From a virus (Duplodnaviria; Caudoviricetes), in the IMG/VR virus record IMGVR_UViG_3300006922_000026, positions 1 to 56,304 of that record: a stretch of 56,304 bases of DNA. One strand, given 5' to 3'. Position numbers and translations under genes: made by a program. Shown here piece after piece: positions 55,073 to 56,304 of the stretch. Numbering within the stretch: the first letter of the stretch is position 1; every line of letters begins with the position of its first letter. The notes under the pieces are model-generated. The model was given only the letters and a program-made list of their open reading frames with translations. It ran no database searches and was not told the origin of the DNA.

Positions 55073-55322
55073 TTTTTCTACTTTCCTGTACTTTTGAAAT
55101 ACCACGTCTAAATTTCTTAGTATCTCCCGTTCTAATTGAGTTTAGGAATCTACGTTCTATGTCCTGTGCTTCTTCTGCCGAATAGTTCTCGTTTATACGA
55201 GCGAGTAGGTTAACAGCACTTTCAATGATGTTAGTACCTGTAGTAGCGATTAACGAATCATTATCACGATCTCTATGGAGATTGTTTAATTCTTCTAAGA
55301 TTGATCTTGTGCGTTTTTTCAT
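55062..55322 (-). CDS. Hypothetical late protein
   Basis: MKKRTRSILEEL...IIESA.NL...; late promoter upstream. Confidence 0.75.
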   Translation of the reverse strand: MKKRTRSILEELNNLHRDRDNDSLIATTGTNIIESAVNLLARINENYSAEEAQDIERRFLNSIRTGDTKKFRRGISKVQESRKNDS

Positions 55323-55406
55323 TTGTTCAGTTTCCTTATAACTATTTATGGCAATTACAAATAAATATTACTGCAAAAAGGTTTATAATAACGAGGGAGT
55401 ATAAAA

Positions 55407-55877
55407 ATGGGAACTTTTAATAACAAAATCATGGCAGAGTTCAACCCACCACGTAAATGGGTACTGGGTCGTGATTTGTCATATGATTGTCCAGAGTTAA
55501 CAGAAACAGAACTTAAAGCACTAAAAGGCGTGGGTGTTAAACTCAAAGGTTCAAAAATAACTGTTCCTACTGGATTTGTTACTGATTTAGCATCAGTACC
55601 AAGAGGAATGTGGTGGTTGATAGCACCGTTTGATGTAGCCAGAGCGGCCATCATACACGATTTACTATATAAAACAATTAGACAATACAGACACAAGATG
55701 CAAGACAAACAAGACGATGCACTTGTAAAGGCGGCTAAGAAAGCCTCTGATATGGTTTTTTGGTATGGCATGGTAGATGCTGAGCCTTCAGTACCTAAGT
55801 GGAAAATGTATTCTGCTTGGAAGGCTGTTGATTTATTCGGCAATGGATCTATTGTCCCTAAAGAAGATAATATATAA
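55407..55877 (+). CDS. DUF1353 family protein
   Basis: VPTGFVTDLASVPR...AAIIHDLLY...D..F...M. Confidence 0.85.
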   Translation: MGTFNNKIMAEFNPPRKWVLGRDLSYDCPELTETELKALKGVGVKLKGSKITVPTGFVTDLASVPRGMWWLIAPFDVARAAIIHDLLYKTIRQYRHKMQDKQDDALVKAAKKASDMVFWYGMVDAEPSVPKWKMYSAWKAVDLFGNGSIVPKEDNI

Positions 55878-55886
55878 AAGTTAAAC

Positions 55887-55913
55887 AATAGGGTGCCTTA
55901 GTTGCACCCTATT
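55887..55913. terminator. Bidirectional terminator between convergent genes
   Basis: AATAGGGTGC/GCACCCTATT 10 bp stem. Confidence 0.7.
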
Positions 55914-55921
55914 ATTGTGAG

Positions 55922-56304
55922 TTACATTCCTATTTGGTTAGGAACAATAACATAGTGTATCATCAACACTACTCCTACTGAAGCACCTAACCCTATCATC
56001 ATTTTAATAAAGTCTTTAGTTACTAAAGGGAATACTGTCTTGAACTTTTCCTTGCCTGTCATAGTTGCCATAGCAAGTTCACGTCCACATAATAGTCCTA
56101 CGAACACCCATGTTGTTGACATAGGTATATCGTTAAGTTCTTTGAAGAACCACAAACACAACCAATACACTGCATCAATAATTGTAGCACTACGAACATA
56201 TTTTGTATTGTGCTTTTCAATTACAATGTTTTGTATCTTGCCTCCGCCTTCACGGAACATGTATCCTAATCCAAATACAAATATAAGACTTACTAATACC
56301 ATAA
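55922..56304 (-). CDS. C-terminus of a PiT-like (phosphate/anion) permease, truncated by window edge
   Basis: Multi-TM; IPMSTTWVFVGLLCGRE resembles PiT PVSTT signature. Confidence 0.55.
   Translation of the reverse strand, partial: MVLVSLIFVFGLGYMFREGGGKIQNIVIEKHNTKYVRSATIIDAVYWLCLWFFKELNDIPMSTTWVFVGLLCGRELAMATMTGKEKFKTVFPLVTKDFIKMMIGLGASVGVVLMIHYVIVPNQIGM

Noticed and set aside
55355-55888. 177 aa minus-strand ORF
   Set aside because: Antisense to the DUF1353 gene, which has a promoter, an RBS and family motifs
1-56304. Stop-codon reassignment (seen in some large phages)
   Set aside because: Known genes are full length in the standard code, TAG, TGA and TAA all end genes, and no suppressor tRNA was seen
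1-56304. CRISPR array, IS element or integrase
   Set aside because: No regularly spaced repeats, terminal inverted repeats or transposase/integrase motifs noticed by eye
1-56304. Cellular (bacterial chromosome) origin suggested by iscU, clpP, rpsU, guaC and ssrA
   Set aside because: These genes sit outside their usual operons among phage hypotheticals, with T4-type late promoter motifs and virion-like genes

Overview
AT-rich, gene-dense segment of a large (jumbo-type, T4-related) lytic phage genome, almost entirely coded on the minus strand. The host is probably a marine alphaproteobacterium, judging from the two-piece permuted tmRNA, the hemO-pcyX cassette and the alpha-type porin and lipoprotein. 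The window holds replication and nucleotide genes (DNA ligase, nrdA/nrdB, glutaredoxin, guaC, exonuclease), three tRNAs (Arg-GCG, Thr-TGT, Trp-CCA), a permuted tmRNA (tag ANENFALAA), two bS21 paralogs, two ClpP-family proteases, ClpS, Hsp20 with a ROSE-like thermometer, IscU, peroxiredoxin, several 2OG-Fe(II) oxygenases and a late/virion gene block. The most notable observations are: (1) a curli (CsgF/CsgG/curlin) plus FecR operon set back-to-back with a CHASE2 adenylate cyclase, a candidate surface-to-cAMP signalling system; (2) a glnA-type glutamine riboswitch ahead of a small protein resembling the glutamine-synthetase inactivating factor IF7; (3) two candidate programmed -1 frameshifts; (4) a PRMT-like methyltransferase; (5) a ring-hydroxylating oxygenase that has lost its Rieske ligands; (6) an unannotated late sRNA. 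All calls come from motif recognition by eye; no database searches or folding programs were run.
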